From an uncultured virus (IMG/VR IMGVR_UViG_3300037601_000035) (taxonomy: Duplodnaviria > Heunggongvirae > Uroviricota > Caudoviricetes), in the IMG/VR virus record IMGVR_UViG_3300037601_000035: a stretch of 64,000 nucleotides of DNA, one strand, 5' to 3'. Positions 47,140 through 57,542 of this stretch are shown here, piece after piece. Position numbers and translations under genes: made by a program. The notes under the pieces were generated by a model, which had not been told where the DNA came from, ran no database searches, and worked only from the letters and a program-made list of their open reading frames with translations. How positions within the stretch are numbered: position 1 is the first letter of the stretch; every line of letters starts with the position of its first letter.

Positions 47140-47457
47140 ATGAAAGAAACTTCGAATAAAGAACTATTAAAAGAAGAATTAGGTAACGTAGATCATATTG
47201 TTGAATCTGCAGAAGAAGTAGCTGAAGAGGTTCAAAAACAATTTGCTTTAGATCCTGAAAATTTAGATTTAGAAAAAATTAATGAAAAATTTTCAAGCGA
47301 AGAAGGAAAAAAAGAACTTGAAAGAATGCTTACTAAAAATTTAAAGGACGGAGACCCTCAAAAATTAATTCAATCTTTTTCTAATCTTATGAATGGTACT
47401 AAAAAAGGAGTTAAATCAAAATATTTAAGAAAAAAGAAACGTAAAAAGAAAAAATGA
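47140..47457 (+). CDS. Hypothetical protein with basic tail
   Basis: 105 aa; GATATATA at 47128-47135. Confidence 0.6.
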   Translation: MKETSNKELLKEELGNVDHIVESAEEVAEEVQKQFALDPENLDLEKINEKFSSEEGKKELERMLTKNLKDGDPQKLIQSFSNLMNGTKKGVKSKYLRKKKRKKKK

Positions 47458-49448
47458 ATAACTTTATAAATTTAGAAGAAAGACAAAAACAATATTCTGA
47501 ATCTGTTGAAAACTTAAAAATGATTTTTGAATCATCTCAAGATGAACAAAGTCATTTAGTAGAAAATTGTAAATGGATAGTAGAATCAAAAGATCAACTT
47601 TACAAATACGATACAGGAAAAGGAAAAACTTTAGTATTTGGAGGAGGTAACGTAGCTCTAATTTCAAATACTTTATTAGAAAAAGAATCTATTAATGAAG
47701 ATTCTGGTTTTTGGAATGATCTTTGGGGAGCAGTTAAAGAATTACCTAGTTATGCAGCAGGTGCAGCTGGACATATTGTAGATAATTTAAAAGCTATTGG
47801 AAGAGGAAATGCTTCTGGAGTTCTTTTAAGTGTTGGCGCTCTTTGTGAATTTTTTGCTCTTGCTTCTAGTTTTCTACCAGTTTTAAAACCAGTAAGTATT
47901 ACTTTAGCTCTTCTTGGAGGAGTAGGATTACTTGCAGGTGGAATTTTTGAATGTTTAGAAGCTTCTAAAGATATGGGTTCTTTAGAGGAAACTGCTAAAA
48001 GATTCGACGGTTCTGGTGGAGAAGAAAATATTCAAAAATTAGGTGATATTGAATTTGATTCTAATAAAGCAAAGAAAACTAAGATAGATGGAGTTCTTGC
48101 CGTAAAAGATATTAAATCAGGAAAACAATATGGAGTAGTAAGAAAAGAAGATGGAAGCTATGAATTTTATAAAGGAGCAAATGAATCTTTATTATTAGAA
48201 GCTGACAAAGGATTAGGACATCCTATTGATGTATTTTCAAACGGTACGATGCACGCCTTGATGGGGGTGGTAAGTATTACTGTTGCTCCATTTGGTTTAC
48301 TTGGTGGCCCAGGATATAAGAAAGCTGCTGAAACTGTAGCAAGACAAGTTTCAATGTCTTTAAAAGAAGTTTTTAGTAAAATAATGGTTGGAATAGCTCA
48401 AAGAAGTTTTAAAAAGGCTTTTATGATTTCTATTAATAAACATGCTACTATACATTTTGGTCAACATTTTCTAGCTGCAATGTTAGTTTATTTTACAGGC
48501 AAAAATTTAGGTAAAAAATCAGTAACTGGATTAGAAAAAGGAAAAGCTTATTCTATTTTAGATTTTCTTACTGGATTAGAAAATATTGTTAAAAGTATTT
48601 CTGCTAAATTAAGTAATGCTACTTCGCAAATGAAAGAAAAAGTAATGTCTACTATGGGAGGATATGTAGATGGAATTGATAATTTAATAGAAGAAGTATT
48701 TTCTGCAATTGAAATATTTCCTCAAACTTTATTAAAATTAGTAGGAGCGATAGTTAAGTATATTAAAAATATAGTTGAAATGATTCCTGCGTATCAAGAG
48801 CTTTTTGCAAAACAACAAGAAGCAGAAGAATTTGAAAAACTTGTAGGATTAGCTAAAAAAGAAACTGAAGCAGAATTACAACAAATTAATAAAAAAGTAA
48901 AAGATTTAGGTATTATAGATTCTAGTGGAAAACCTTCCCGAGAATTTACAGGACCTGGAGAATTTAAAGGTACTACTATGGCACAATCATCAACAGCAAC
49001 AAATCAAAAATACATAGTTCCCGATAGTATGTTAGAAGAATCTACAATATCATCTTTTAGAAATTTCAGAGAAAATAAAAAAGATGTTATGAACGAAAGT
49101 AATCAAAATAAAAGATTTAAAAATTTTACGGAGTATAATAAAATGAATGAAGGAATTTCAGATTGGACAAGAGAAGCTTTTAAACAGGTACAATCTTATT
49201 TTAATGGGTTACAAATAAAAGTTATTTCAAAATACAAATTTTCTCAAAAACAGTTAAAAGAAATTTTAAATGGTTCAATATCACCAGATGTAATTAAATT
49301 AGCTCCTCCTGCAGATATCGCAAAAATTGAAGCTGCTATCCCAAAATTAGAAGCAGAAATAGATTCTAAAAAAATTAAAACGTTCAAACAGCTTGTAAAT
49401 AGATTTGCAGATGAAACTGGCTTAGGAATATTAAATAAAATAAAATAA
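47454..49448 (+). CDS. Large protein with hydrophobic hairpins and multiple xNE/LEE sites, candidate ejected virion protein
   Basis: INE/ANE/LEE/MNE motifs; G/A-rich TM-like segments. Confidence 0.6.
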   Translation: MNNFINLEERQKQYSESVENLKMIFESSQDEQSHLVENCKWIVESKDQLYKYDTGKGKTLVFGGGNVALISNTLLEKESINEDSGFWNDLWGAVKELPSYAAGAAGHIVDNLKAIGRGNASGVLLSVGALCEFFALASSFLPVLKPVSITLALLGGVGLLAGGIFECLEASKDMGSLEETAKRFDGSGGEENIQKLGDIEFDSNKAKKTKIDGVLAVKDIKSGKQYGVVRKEDGSYEFYKGANESLLLEADKGLGHPIDVFSNGTMHALMGVVSITVAPFGLLGGPGYKKAAETVARQVSMSLKEVFSKIMVGIAQRSFKKAFMISINKHATIHFGQHFLAAMLVYFTGKNLGKKSVTGLEKGKAYSILDFLTGLENIVKSISAKLSNATSQMKEKVMSTMGGYVDGIDNLIEEVFSAIEIFPQTLLKLVGAIVKYIKNIVEMIPAYQELFAKQQEAEEFEKLVGLAKKETEAELQQINKKVKDLGIIDSSGKPSREFTGPGEFKGTTMAQSSTATNQKYIVPDSMLEESTISSFRNFRENKKDVMNESNQNKRFKNFTEYNKMNEGISDWTREAFKQVQSYFNGLQIKVISKYKFSQKQLKEILNGSISPDVIKLAPPADIAKIEAAIPKLEAEIDSKKIKTFKQLVNRFADETGLGILNKIK

Positions 49449-49459
49449 AATAATTTTTC

Positions 49460-49822
49460 GTGAAAGATTTTTATTTTAAAGGAAATAATGATATTACATT
49501 TGACTCTACAAGAGTAGATGAAAGAGATGAATTAGAGCAACTTCTATCACAATTGAAGATGCTCTTTTTCACAAATCAAGGTGATGTCTTAAAGGCAATT
49601 TCTCTGGGGCTTAATCTTGAACGCTTGATATTTGAGACGAATTACAATAAATATACTATTTTGAATAACATTAAATATCAGACTGGACAATTTTTAGTTT
49701 ATGATGATTCTAAGTTTGATATAGATTATGAATTACAGTTCTTTCAAGCTCAAGTAAGAGATATAGCATTATTAACGGTTTATATTAATGGACAAAGATA
49801 TTTAGATGTAGGTGTAAAATAA
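49460..49822 (+). CDS. gp25-like baseplate wedge protein
   Basis: ELEQLLSQLKMLFFTNQGDVL...LGLNLERLIFE. Confidence 0.65.
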   Translation: MKDFYFKGNNDITFDSTRVDERDELEQLLSQLKMLFFTNQGDVLKAISLGLNLERLIFETNYNKYTILNNIKYQTGQFLVYDDSKFDIDYELQFFQAQVRDIALLTVYINGQRYLDVGVK

Positions 49823-49828
49823 AAAAAT

Positions 49829-50761
49829 ATGATTATAAAATACACAGATTATAAATTAAACGAAGATACTTTTAATTGGAGAAAGGTTGCAAAATCTGAT
49901 CAAGAAAAGTTAGTGCAATTAAATAAGAACATCTTACTTAGTAAATTAATTGAAGCAGGGATAACAGATCCTAAAGCACAAGCTAACATTTTAGCACAAA
50001 TAAAGCATGAATCCGGTTTTATTCCTAAAAGAGAATTAACTAATTATTCTGCTGAAAGATTAATGGAACTTTGGGGCCCTAAAGAACAGCAAAAGAGTAA
50101 AAGAAAAAATGCAGTTAAATTTCCTACTATTCAACATGCACAAGCAGCTATAAAAAAAGGACCAGAATATTTATTTGGAGTTCTTTATGGAAAAAGAAAA
50201 GATTTAGGAAATGACAAATTTGAAGATGGTTATAAATATAGAGGAGGTGGCTTAATTCAACTTACAGGAAAACACAATTATACTAAAGCATCTAAGCAAT
50301 TAGGAGTTGATTTAGTAAATAATCCTGAGTTAGCAGCTGATCCTGAATATGCTTTTGATATAGCAGTAAAATATTTTGAAAGAGCTAAAAAAGAAAGACT
50401 TACTGATATAGATTATGTAAATAGAGTTGTAGGTTTTGGAACAGGAGAATCAGAAGGGACTGCTAGAAAAAGATCTGCTAAAAGATTAGAAAATGAGATA
50501 AGAAAAGGAAAAATTAAACCTTTAAAAGATGTAGAAAAAACTATAGCTACTTTAGCTACTACATTAAAAGGATCTGCTAATTTAGCTTCTGTTAAAAAAG
50601 AAGAGATTTTAGGAAATACAAATCAACAAAAAACTATAACTTTAGCATCTGCTCCAGAACCTGAAAAAGATCCTTATATTAAATTTGATCCTGAAAAGGT
50701 AGAAATGCAATCTTTAGATTATTTTAAAAGTTTAGATCCTAACAAATTTGGTTCTGCTTAA
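49829..50761 (+). CDS. Glycoside hydrolase family 19 lysozyme/chitinase-like enzyme
   Basis: AQIKHESG, LGN...DGYKYRGGGLIQLTGKHNY, NNPEL; MIIKYTDYKLNE leader. Confidence 0.88.
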   Translation: MIIKYTDYKLNEDTFNWRKVAKSDQEKLVQLNKNILLSKLIEAGITDPKAQANILAQIKHESGFIPKRELTNYSAERLMELWGPKEQQKSKRKNAVKFPTIQHAQAAIKKGPEYLFGVLYGKRKDLGNDKFEDGYKYRGGGLIQLTGKHNYTKASKQLGVDLVNNPELAADPEYAFDIAVKYFERAKKERLTDIDYVNRVVGFGTGESEGTARKRSAKRLENEIRKGKIKPLKDVEKTIATLATTLKGSANLASVKKEEILGNTNQQKTITLASAPEPEKDPYIKFDPEKVEMQSLDYFKSLDPNKFGSA

Positions 50762-52731
50762 TCACAACAACCTTCGCATGTTTTAGTTAATCTAATCCAT
50801 CCTTCTTCTATCATAATATACCAGAAAGGATTTTTTCTTCCTATCCAATTTTCATCAGAAAGAACGTGACCCCATCTATATGCTTGCCCTGCTCTAACAT
50901 TATCTATTATCCCAGTTCCAGTAGCATCAAAATCAATAAGATCAGGACGAATAGGAAGTAAAGGTTCGTATACTTTTTTAAATTGTTCTTGATAGCCTGT
51001 TCTTTCATCTGCAGAAAGTACACCCCAAGGCCAATATTTTTCAGGCATGGTATCTGATTCATTTATAATTGCAGGGTCAGATCCATTTTTAGTTGGTTGT
51101 ATAGAAGAAATACCTGGCATTGTAAATCCAGTATCATGTTCTAAAGGATGCCCGCTAGGAGAATCTGGTAAAGCTTTAAGATAAATAGAAATTTCTTTTT
51201 GTTTATCCATATCTACATGAGTAAATCCTTCCAATTCATAAACAAAATCATCTGTTAATTCAGTAACATTTCCTATAGTAACGTTTGCATAATCCATTTT
51301 AGGAACAGATTTAGTTACTTTTTCTATACTTACTAAAATTTCATATTTTGTTTTATACGTAGTTCCATTATAAAATGTATCAGTATCTTCAATGTTACCT
51401 ACATCATAATTAATAACTGTTCCTACATCTACATCTAAAGTAACTGAAGTAGGATTTTCTACGACTTCTATTAAACTATAACTAACTTTACGAAGTTTTT
51501 TCCATTCACCATTTATAAAAGCTCTTTGTACAATTTCAACATCTCCTGTTGGAGAAGCATATTGATTTTCTAAACAGTTACTGAAAAATCTATCAGGTTC
51601 ATCTAACCTATATTTTAAAGGAATGTCTGCTGTATTATATTGATCTCCTTTTAGTTGTGATTTTTTAGAAAGAATAATATCGCCAGGATTATCAAAATCA
51701 TTTGTAGTTACTTCAAATAATCCTTCACTTACAGAACCTGAAGTAAAACTGTAGTTAAATTGTTTATAAACTACTTCAGTTTCTTCCATATCAGAAGATA
51801 TTAAATGAGGATGCATTCCTTCCCATTGAGTAGGCGAGCATTCCTTATAATAAAGATATTTACCATTTTCATAATTTGAATCCCAATAGTCTTTATATTT
51901 AATTACTGGCTGAGGATATTTTCCTTCTGACCAAACTATAGGTTTTTGTGTTTGACTATCTTCATTAAATATTCCAGTTTCTAATCTAAGCTTAGTCATT
52001 CCTAAATATTTTGCTCCTGCCTGTTCTTTCATAGCACTATAAAATCTATACGTATTCCATAGCTTAGTTCTATTTTCAGTATTATCTACTTCTTCTCCCG
52101 ATTCTAACCAATGATCTGCACAAGTATCTCCATCTTCTGGCCAACCAAAAAATACTAAAGGACGAAGTCTTAGTCTATATTCTACGTTCCAGATACCACA
52201 ATCTTTAAATTTAAAAGTATTGTCTTTGTCTTTTTTTCCATTCGATCCACATATAGGAAATTTAATTTTCCAAAAAGGATCTTTTAATTCGTCATAACAA
52301 ATAGCATCTTGATTTATTGGCCAACTTAATACTGAAGAATCATATTGTAATTCTTTTCCATAATTAGGATTAGTTACATAAATAATTGTCCAATAAAAAG
52401 AATTTGCTGGAAATGAACCTCCAAACGTATAATCAAAACTATCTAAATATGTTACAGCTTCTTCTATAGTATCGTGCCAAGGATCAAACCCCGGACCATT
52501 AGATAAAAATTTAGTTGCTAAAGAGGCTACTAAAGCAGTAGAATTGTAATCTGTTTCCATGTCCTCATAAGATGTAAAATAATCAGCACCAGCTACATCC
52601 GCATAATCATCTACAGGAACATAATATTTTATCCATTGGTCACTATCTACCCCGAATTGGTATGTTTTAGGACGTTCAATTTTTCTATAAATAGTCTCGC
52701 AACTACAATCTTTACAAGGAGAATCTTTCAT
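50758..52731 (-). CDS. Large hypothetical (probable virion) protein
   Basis: 657 aa, Cys clusters at both ends, late motif at 52736-52743. Confidence 0.6.
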   Translation of the reverse strand: MKDSPCKDCSCETIYRKIERPKTYQFGVDSDQWIKYYVPVDDYADVAGADYFTSYEDMETDYNSTALVASLATKFLSNGPGFDPWHDTIEEAVTYLDSFDYTFGGSFPANSFYWTIIYVTNPNYGKELQYDSSVLSWPINQDAICYDELKDPFWKIKFPICGSNGKKDKDNTFKFKDCGIWNVEYRLRLRPLVFFGWPEDGDTCADHWLESGEEVDNTENRTKLWNTYRFYSAMKEQAGAKYLGMTKLRLETGIFNEDSQTQKPIVWSEGKYPQPVIKYKDYWDSNYENGKYLYYKECSPTQWEGMHPHLISSDMEETEVVYKQFNYSFTSGSVSEGLFEVTTNDFDNPGDIILSKKSQLKGDQYNTADIPLKYRLDEPDRFFSNCLENQYASPTGDVEIVQRAFINGEWKKLRKVSYSLIEVVENPTSVTLDVDVGTVINYDVGNIEDTDTFYNGTTYKTKYEILVSIEKVTKSVPKMDYANVTIGNVTELTDDFVYELEGFTHVDMDKQKEISIYLKALPDSPSGHPLEHDTGFTMPGISSIQPTKNGSDPAIINESDTMPEKYWPWGVLSADERTGYQEQFKKVYEPLLPIRPDLIDFDATGTGIIDNVRAGQAYRWGHVLSDENWIGRKNPFWYIMIEEGWIRLTKTCEGCCD

Positions 52732-52735
52732 AAAC

Positions 52736-52754
52736 TATATATTAAGGATATATA
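52736..52754. promoter_or_regulatory. Back-to-back divergent RATATATA promoters
   Basis: TATATATT 52736-52743 (minus) and GATATATA 52747-52754 (plus). Confidence 0.6.
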
Positions 52755-52760
52755 AGTTAT

Positions 52761-53099
52761 ATGAAAATTTTAGATCCTATAGTAATAACGTATTTAAAGG
52801 AAGATGTATTTCCTGTAATGAAATATCCTTTAGAACAAGTTTCTGATATACTTTTGGAAGACACTTTAGATTATGATGATCAAACAATAGTAATAAAGAA
52901 ATTTGTAGATAATTTAGAAGTGTATACACATTCCGATTTAGGAACTTCGGACGCCAATGTATTAGTAGATTTTTCTTCAAACATATTCGTAAATTATTTT
53001 GTTGCTAATGTAAATACTACTCCTGAATATCTTTTATGTTTTACTTTTAATGGAGATAAAATTGATTTAACAGTACCATTAGAAAATTATACACCATAA
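52761..53099 (+). CDS. Hypothetical protein
   Basis: 112-aa ORF. Confidence 0.6.
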   Translation: MKILDPIVITYLKEDVFPVMKYPLEQVSDILLEDTLDYDDQTIVIKKFVDNLEVYTHSDLGTSDANVLVDFSSNIFVNYFVANVNTTPEYLLCFTFNGDKIDLTVPLENYTP

Positions 53100-53767
53100 T
53101 GAATAAAGAATTTAAGACATATAAAGAATTTATAAATGAAAAAGTATCAACATCAATCCCATGGGATGCTATTGAATTAATTAAAAAAGACGTTGCTAGA
53201 TCTAAAGATTTTATTCAATCTAAAGTAACTTCTTTAGAGGAGCTTGCTGAATATTTAACAATGGTAACTAAAAAATATGACGTAGTATTTCATACTTACA
53301 AAGATTTTCCAGAATTAGAAGGAAGTCCAGCATTTCATAATTCTAAAGATGAACAAGTACATATTTTACTACAGCCAGATGTTCTTTCTATAAAAGAAAA
53401 TGATACTAAATGGGATAATTGGATGTCTAGATTAGAAGATTCTTTAGTTCATGAAATGACACATCAACAAGATTCTTTAAATCCTAAAAGACCTTTTATG
53501 GAAGGCTCTGATTTAGAAGATGATATTAAATATTTTTCTACTTTTGAAGAAATAAGAGCTTATGCAAATGAACAAATGAATAAGTTCCAAAATCAATTGA
53601 AGTGGAATAAAGAAAAAATAGAAAGAACTTTACAAGAAGTAGAACCTGTAGATCATGTTAAAGGTCAAATATGGAATGTTTATTTAAAATTATTTAAAGG
53701 AACAGATACTTTTGAATGGTTTTTAAAATGTTGTTATGAATACTTAGACAGGTACGTAAAACAATAG
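53099..53767 (+). CDS. HExxH zincin-like metallopeptidase with capsid-targeting-like leader
   Basis: MNKEFKTYKEFINE; LVHEMTHQQD and downstream EEIRAY. Confidence 0.7.
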   Translation: MNKEFKTYKEFINEKVSTSIPWDAIELIKKDVARSKDFIQSKVTSLEELAEYLTMVTKKYDVVFHTYKDFPELEGSPAFHNSKDEQVHILLQPDVLSIKENDTKWDNWMSRLEDSLVHEMTHQQDSLNPKRPFMEGSDLEDDIKYFSTFEEIRAYANEQMNKFQNQLKWNKEKIERTLQEVEPVDHVKGQIWNVYLKLFKGTDTFEWFLKCCYEYLDRYVKQ

Positions 53768-53806
53768 AAATATATACTATACTAAAAGAAATAAAAACAA
53801 ATAAGA

Positions 53807-55039
53807 ATGCAACATCTTAATGAAGGTAAAAAACAAGCAGAACAAAGATTTGTAGAAACTGGAAGAATCAACAGTTCTACTTTTACACAGCTTTTATCTG
53901 CAGATCCAACAAATAATAAAAAATATATTGAGAAAATGTGTGACTTCTTTCTTCAAATGAAAGATCATGAAAATTATTCTCAAATCATGGAACTGGAAAG
54001 AATAATGGCTCTTAGTCATTTAATAGAAGAGTTTCACGAAAAAACAAATAGAAATATAATAAGTGGAAACGATAAAGACATTCAAAGATATTCTGAAATA
54101 GATGACTTTGAAAAAGTTATTATAGATGCTAGAGGAAAGATTTCTAATACACAAAAGAAGAAAAAAGAAATTTCTGAAAATAGTGTAATGGTTTATGATG
54201 ACGATGCTTGGAGATGTCATTTAGTATTTAATTGGACAGGAGCAAAAAAGATAGGATCAGGAACTAAATGGTGTATTACGTTTTTAACTCCAGTACACTG
54301 GAACGATTATTTTTGGAGACAAGGACAACATTTTTATGTTATAACAAACAAAGCTTTTGATAGTCAACCCGTTTCGAGTGAAGATAAAAATCCTTTATAT
54401 AAGGTTGCTGCCCAAGTAAATTATAGTGGACAGCTTTCTAATTTTTGGGACGCACCTGATTCTTCATTTAATCCTATTTTAGATACTGGAATGAATGAAG
54501 AAAGAAGAATTTGGTGGAATGCTTTACCAGATAAAATTAAAAAGCTTTTAGAAAAACCTGAACCAGAAGGAGAAAGCAGAAAAATTTTAGTTCACAATCA
54601 TAATCCTAAAATAGGACATAATGTTGAAAAAAACGTTGAACAGATTCATTTTAAAGATTTTTATGTAAATTCTGATATTCCTTATATCGATTTTTCTAGA
54701 ATGAAGAATATAGATTTTAAAATAACAGGAGCAATTGTTATTTCTGATACAGATCTAGAATCTTTAGAAAGCGTAGATTTTTCAGAATTTAAAGGTGTTG
54801 AAAGTTTTAAAATAGAAGGAAATAAAAAATTAACAAGTTTAAAAGGTTTACCGAAAAACATTTCAGGTACCTTGACAATAGAAAACAATCCTTCTTTGGG
54901 TAAAGATGCAATTGATGATTTAAAAGGAGTTACTTTAAGGAAAAAGTTAACTTGGAAAAATAACAAGGAGAAAACTTCTATGTATGATTTTTTACAGAGA
55001 AGATGGGCTCCAGTATTAGGGAGTATTAATGCCAAATAA
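53807..55039 (+). CDS. WCT-domain + LRR protein (family B, short leader)
   Basis: MQHLNE; DPTNNKKY; GSGTKWCIT; NKKLTSLKGLP; AATATATA at 53769-53776. Confidence 0.82.
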   Translation: MQHLNEGKKQAEQRFVETGRINSSTFTQLLSADPTNNKKYIEKMCDFFLQMKDHENYSQIMELERIMALSHLIEEFHEKTNRNIISGNDKDIQRYSEIDDFEKVIIDARGKISNTQKKKKEISENSVMVYDDDAWRCHLVFNWTGAKKIGSGTKWCITFLTPVHWNDYFWRQGQHFYVITNKAFDSQPVSSEDKNPLYKVAAQVNYSGQLSNFWDAPDSSFNPILDTGMNEERRIWWNALPDKIKKLLEKPEPEGESRKILVHNHNPKIGHNVEKNVEQIHFKDFYVNSDIPYIDFSRMKNIDFKITGAIVISDTDLESLESVDFSEFKGVESFKIEGNKKLTSLKGLPKNISGTLTIENNPSLGKDAIDDLKGVTLRKKLTWKNNKEKTSMYDFLQRRWAPVLGSINAK

Positions 55040-55472
55040 TATTGAATATACTAAAATGGGATTTCTTTTGTATACTATGACAAAGGAAGGGCAGTTAGGA
55101 GTTTATTATTCTGAAAATGTTTTAAATAATAGACCTTTTATAGTAGAGCCTCAAGATGAAACTCACGACGTTTTAGCAGAAATTTTAGACGAATTAGAAC
55201 TAGAAGTAGATTCTAAAAGAATAAGTTTTTTAGGAAGCTTTAATAACGATGGTTCTTTTGGAGCAGAAGAAGTTACTAGAGAAATAGATGCAATTGCAAT
55301 TGATGTATCTTCTTTAAATATGAGAGAATTTATCAGTAAGTGGTCTTTAAAAGAAAATTTTGCTTATGTATTAAATAGAGAAGAAAATTCATTATTGCTT
55401 GCAATGATGATGAAATTGATACTAACTAAAAAGAAGTTAGCAAATGTAAAAAACAAAAATAAAGAAAATTGA
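55029..55472 (+). CDS. Hypothetical protein (possible degenerate Nudix fold)
   Basis: AEILDELELEV...FLGSF loosely resembles a Nudix box. Confidence 0.45.
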   Translation: MPNNIEYTKMGFLLYTMTKEGQLGVYYSENVLNNRPFIVEPQDETHDVLAEILDELELEVDSKRISFLGSFNNDGSFGAEEVTREIDAIAIDVSSLNMREFISKWSLKENFAYVLNREENSLLLAMMMKLILTKKKLANVKNKNKEN

Positions 55473-56374
55473 TAACTAAACAGATAAAAAATTATACAGA
55501 GTTTATAAACGAAAGCAAAGGTTTCGATCAATCTAGGTTTCCTTTAGAAGATCCTGGAGAAGTTAAAAAATGGATCCAAGAAAACCTAGAAGGGAAAAAG
55601 ACTCCAACTAGGAAGCATCGTTTATCTGGTGCTTGGACAATAGGTGAAGAAGGGTATGTCTCTTGTACAGGGGATATAAATTTAAGTGAAATGAAGTTAA
55701 CTAAGTTACCTTTTAGAATTAAGTCTGTAGGTGGCGATTTCGATTGTTCTAATAACAAATTAACTAGTTTAGAAGGTTTAGAAAGTCTTAAGTCTGTACG
55801 TGATTATTTTTTATGTTCTAAAAACCAGTTAACTACTTTAGAAGGTCTTAAGAATCTTGAGTTTGTAGGTGGCTCTTTCAGGTGTGATAATAACAAATTA
55901 ACCGGTTTAAAAGGGCTTGAGAATCTTAAGTCTGTAGGAGAGGATTTATGGTTGCATTATAATAAGTTAACTAGTTTAGAAGGTTTTCAAAGTCTTAAGT
56001 TTGTAGATGGTACTTTTGCGTGCCATGGTAACAAGTTAACCAGTTTGAAAGGTCTTGAAAATCTTAAGTCTGTAGGTGGCGATTTCCGGTGTCATCGTAA
56101 CAATATACTTTCTAAAAAATTTACTTTTGAAGTTAAAGGAAATATAGAAGTTGAACCTCAAGAAAAATACGAAGATTCAATAAAATATCTAGTATCTTTA
56201 CCAGAAGAAGAACAAAAGAAGATTATAGAAGATTTAATGGATTGGGATCTACCCTCATGTAGAAAACTTCTTTCTTATTCAGAAGAAAATAATATTAAAT
56301 TATCTATAAATCAAGAAGTTTATAAATGGAATAAAGAAGCTAAAGATTTAGAAGATACAGGATTAGAATTTTAA
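55469..56374 (+). CDS. LRR protein family A (5 LRR units)
   Basis: TTG start; IKNYTEFINES...DQSRFPLEDP...DLEDTGLEF. Confidence 0.88.
   Translation: MITKQIKNYTEFINESKGFDQSRFPLEDPGEVKKWIQENLEGKKTPTRKHRLSGAWTIGEEGYVSCTGDINLSEMKLTKLPFRIKSVGGDFDCSNNKLTSLEGLESLKSVRDYFLCSKNQLTTLEGLKNLEFVGGSFRCDNNKLTGLKGLENLKSVGEDLWLHYNKLTSLEGFQSLKFVDGTFACHGNKLTSLKGLENLKSVGGDFRCHRNNILSKKFTFEVKGNIEVEPQEKYEDSIKYLVSLPEEEQKKIIEDLMDWDLPSCRKLLSYSEENNIKLSINQEVYKWNKEAKDLEDTGLEF
55754..56098 (+). repeat. Five tandem 69-nt LRR-coding units
   Basis: Recurrent aa(c/t)aagttaac..cttaagtctgtagg with a 23-codon period. Confidence 0.85.
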
Positions 56375-56384
56375 ATAGATACAA

Positions 56385-57542
56385 ATGATAAATAAGTACG
56401 ATAATTATAGAAATAGATTTATAAATAGAAGTGTAGATGGAGTTCAAGATCCATTATATTTAACATTTGGTTTGCGTTTTGAATTTTTTCCTAGAATTTC
56501 TCCTGACGAATCTTTAGAACCTGGATTACTTTCAGGAGGTGCTAGAGATTTTCTATCTTCAAGAGGAGACGATTTAAGAGTTCAAAAATTAGATTATTTT
56601 GTTAATTTATTAAGAAAATTTTCTATTGAAGAACCTTGGTGGTTTACTCAACTTTCAGGAGTAAATGATCTTTTAACTTTAAATAACGAAGGTCCAAGAC
56701 TTCCTGAAGGAACTTCTTTTACGGTATCTTCTAGAGAATCTGTCGATATGAAATTTTTATCTTTAATGGAAGCTTATAGATCAACAGTTCAAGATAAAAA
56801 ATATATGAGAGACGTTTTAGTTAAAAATTTAAGATTTTTTGATATGTCTATTTATCTTATAGATCCTAGAATACTACTTAAGAGAAATGGAAATAAATTA
56901 GAATATGATGATGATTCTCAAGGAGTAATTGTTTTAAAGCTTAGAGATTGTGAATTTGTTTTTGATGATTATTCGGGACTTGCATCTTCTATTACTAATG
57001 AAGGAACCGAAGATGATATAAAACATACATTTGAAATTATTCCTAGAAGAATTTTAGAAGTTTATAATTTGCCTACTAAAGAATTATTTGGATATGGAGG
57101 AACAGGCTACTTTAGTGATGATAATAGACAAGACTTTAATTTCTTAACTAATTTCGTTAGACCTAAAACTGGTTTATATGCAGAACAAGGAAACGAAAGA
57201 AGACCTAAGGAAGAAGATTATCAAGATTTTAAAGATTCAAATAAAATAAAAATTTCAAATATTGAAGAAGAATCTGCTGAAGAAGCAAAACTTAAAAGAG
57301 AAATTAGACTTCCTGATAATATAAATGCAGAAAGTTCAGAAAGAGAACAATTAGATTTAGGAGAATTAAATGTTTCGAGTGCTAGAAGAGAACAACTGGA
57401 TTTAGGAAATTTAGAAGTAAATCCAGATAGGAGAATTCCAGAAGCTCCTAAAAATATAAATCCAGAATCAAATAAAAGAGATGAGTTAGAATTAGGTTTA
57501 TTAGAAGTAATTTCAAACAGACCACCAAGAATAATAGAATAA
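56385..57542 (+). CDS. Putative tail tube/baseplate-associated structural protein with C-terminal REQLDLG repeats
   Basis: QDPLYLTFGLRF, PWWFTQLSG, ESVDMK, LRFFDMSIY; three R(E/D)xLxLGxLxV repeats. Confidence 0.5.
   Translation: MINKYDNYRNRFINRSVDGVQDPLYLTFGLRFEFFPRISPDESLEPGLLSGGARDFLSSRGDDLRVQKLDYFVNLLRKFSIEEPWWFTQLSGVNDLLTLNNEGPRLPEGTSFTVSSRESVDMKFLSLMEAYRSTVQDKKYMRDVLVKNLRFFDMSIYLIDPRILLKRNGNKLEYDDDSQGVIVLKLRDCEFVFDDYSGLASSITNEGTEDDIKHTFEIIPRRILEVYNLPTKELFGYGGTGYFSDDNRQDFNFLTNFVRPKTGLYAEQGNERRPKEEDYQDFKDSNKIKISNIEEESAEEAKLKREIRLPDNINAESSEREQLDLGELNVSSARREQLDLGNLEVNPDRRIPEAPKNINPESNKRDELELGLLEVISNRPPRIIE

Noticed and set aside
1221..56098. Diversity-generating retroelement acting on the LRR genes
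   Set aside because: No reverse transcriptase in the window and no template/variable repeat pair differing only at adenines; only the codon skew is reported.
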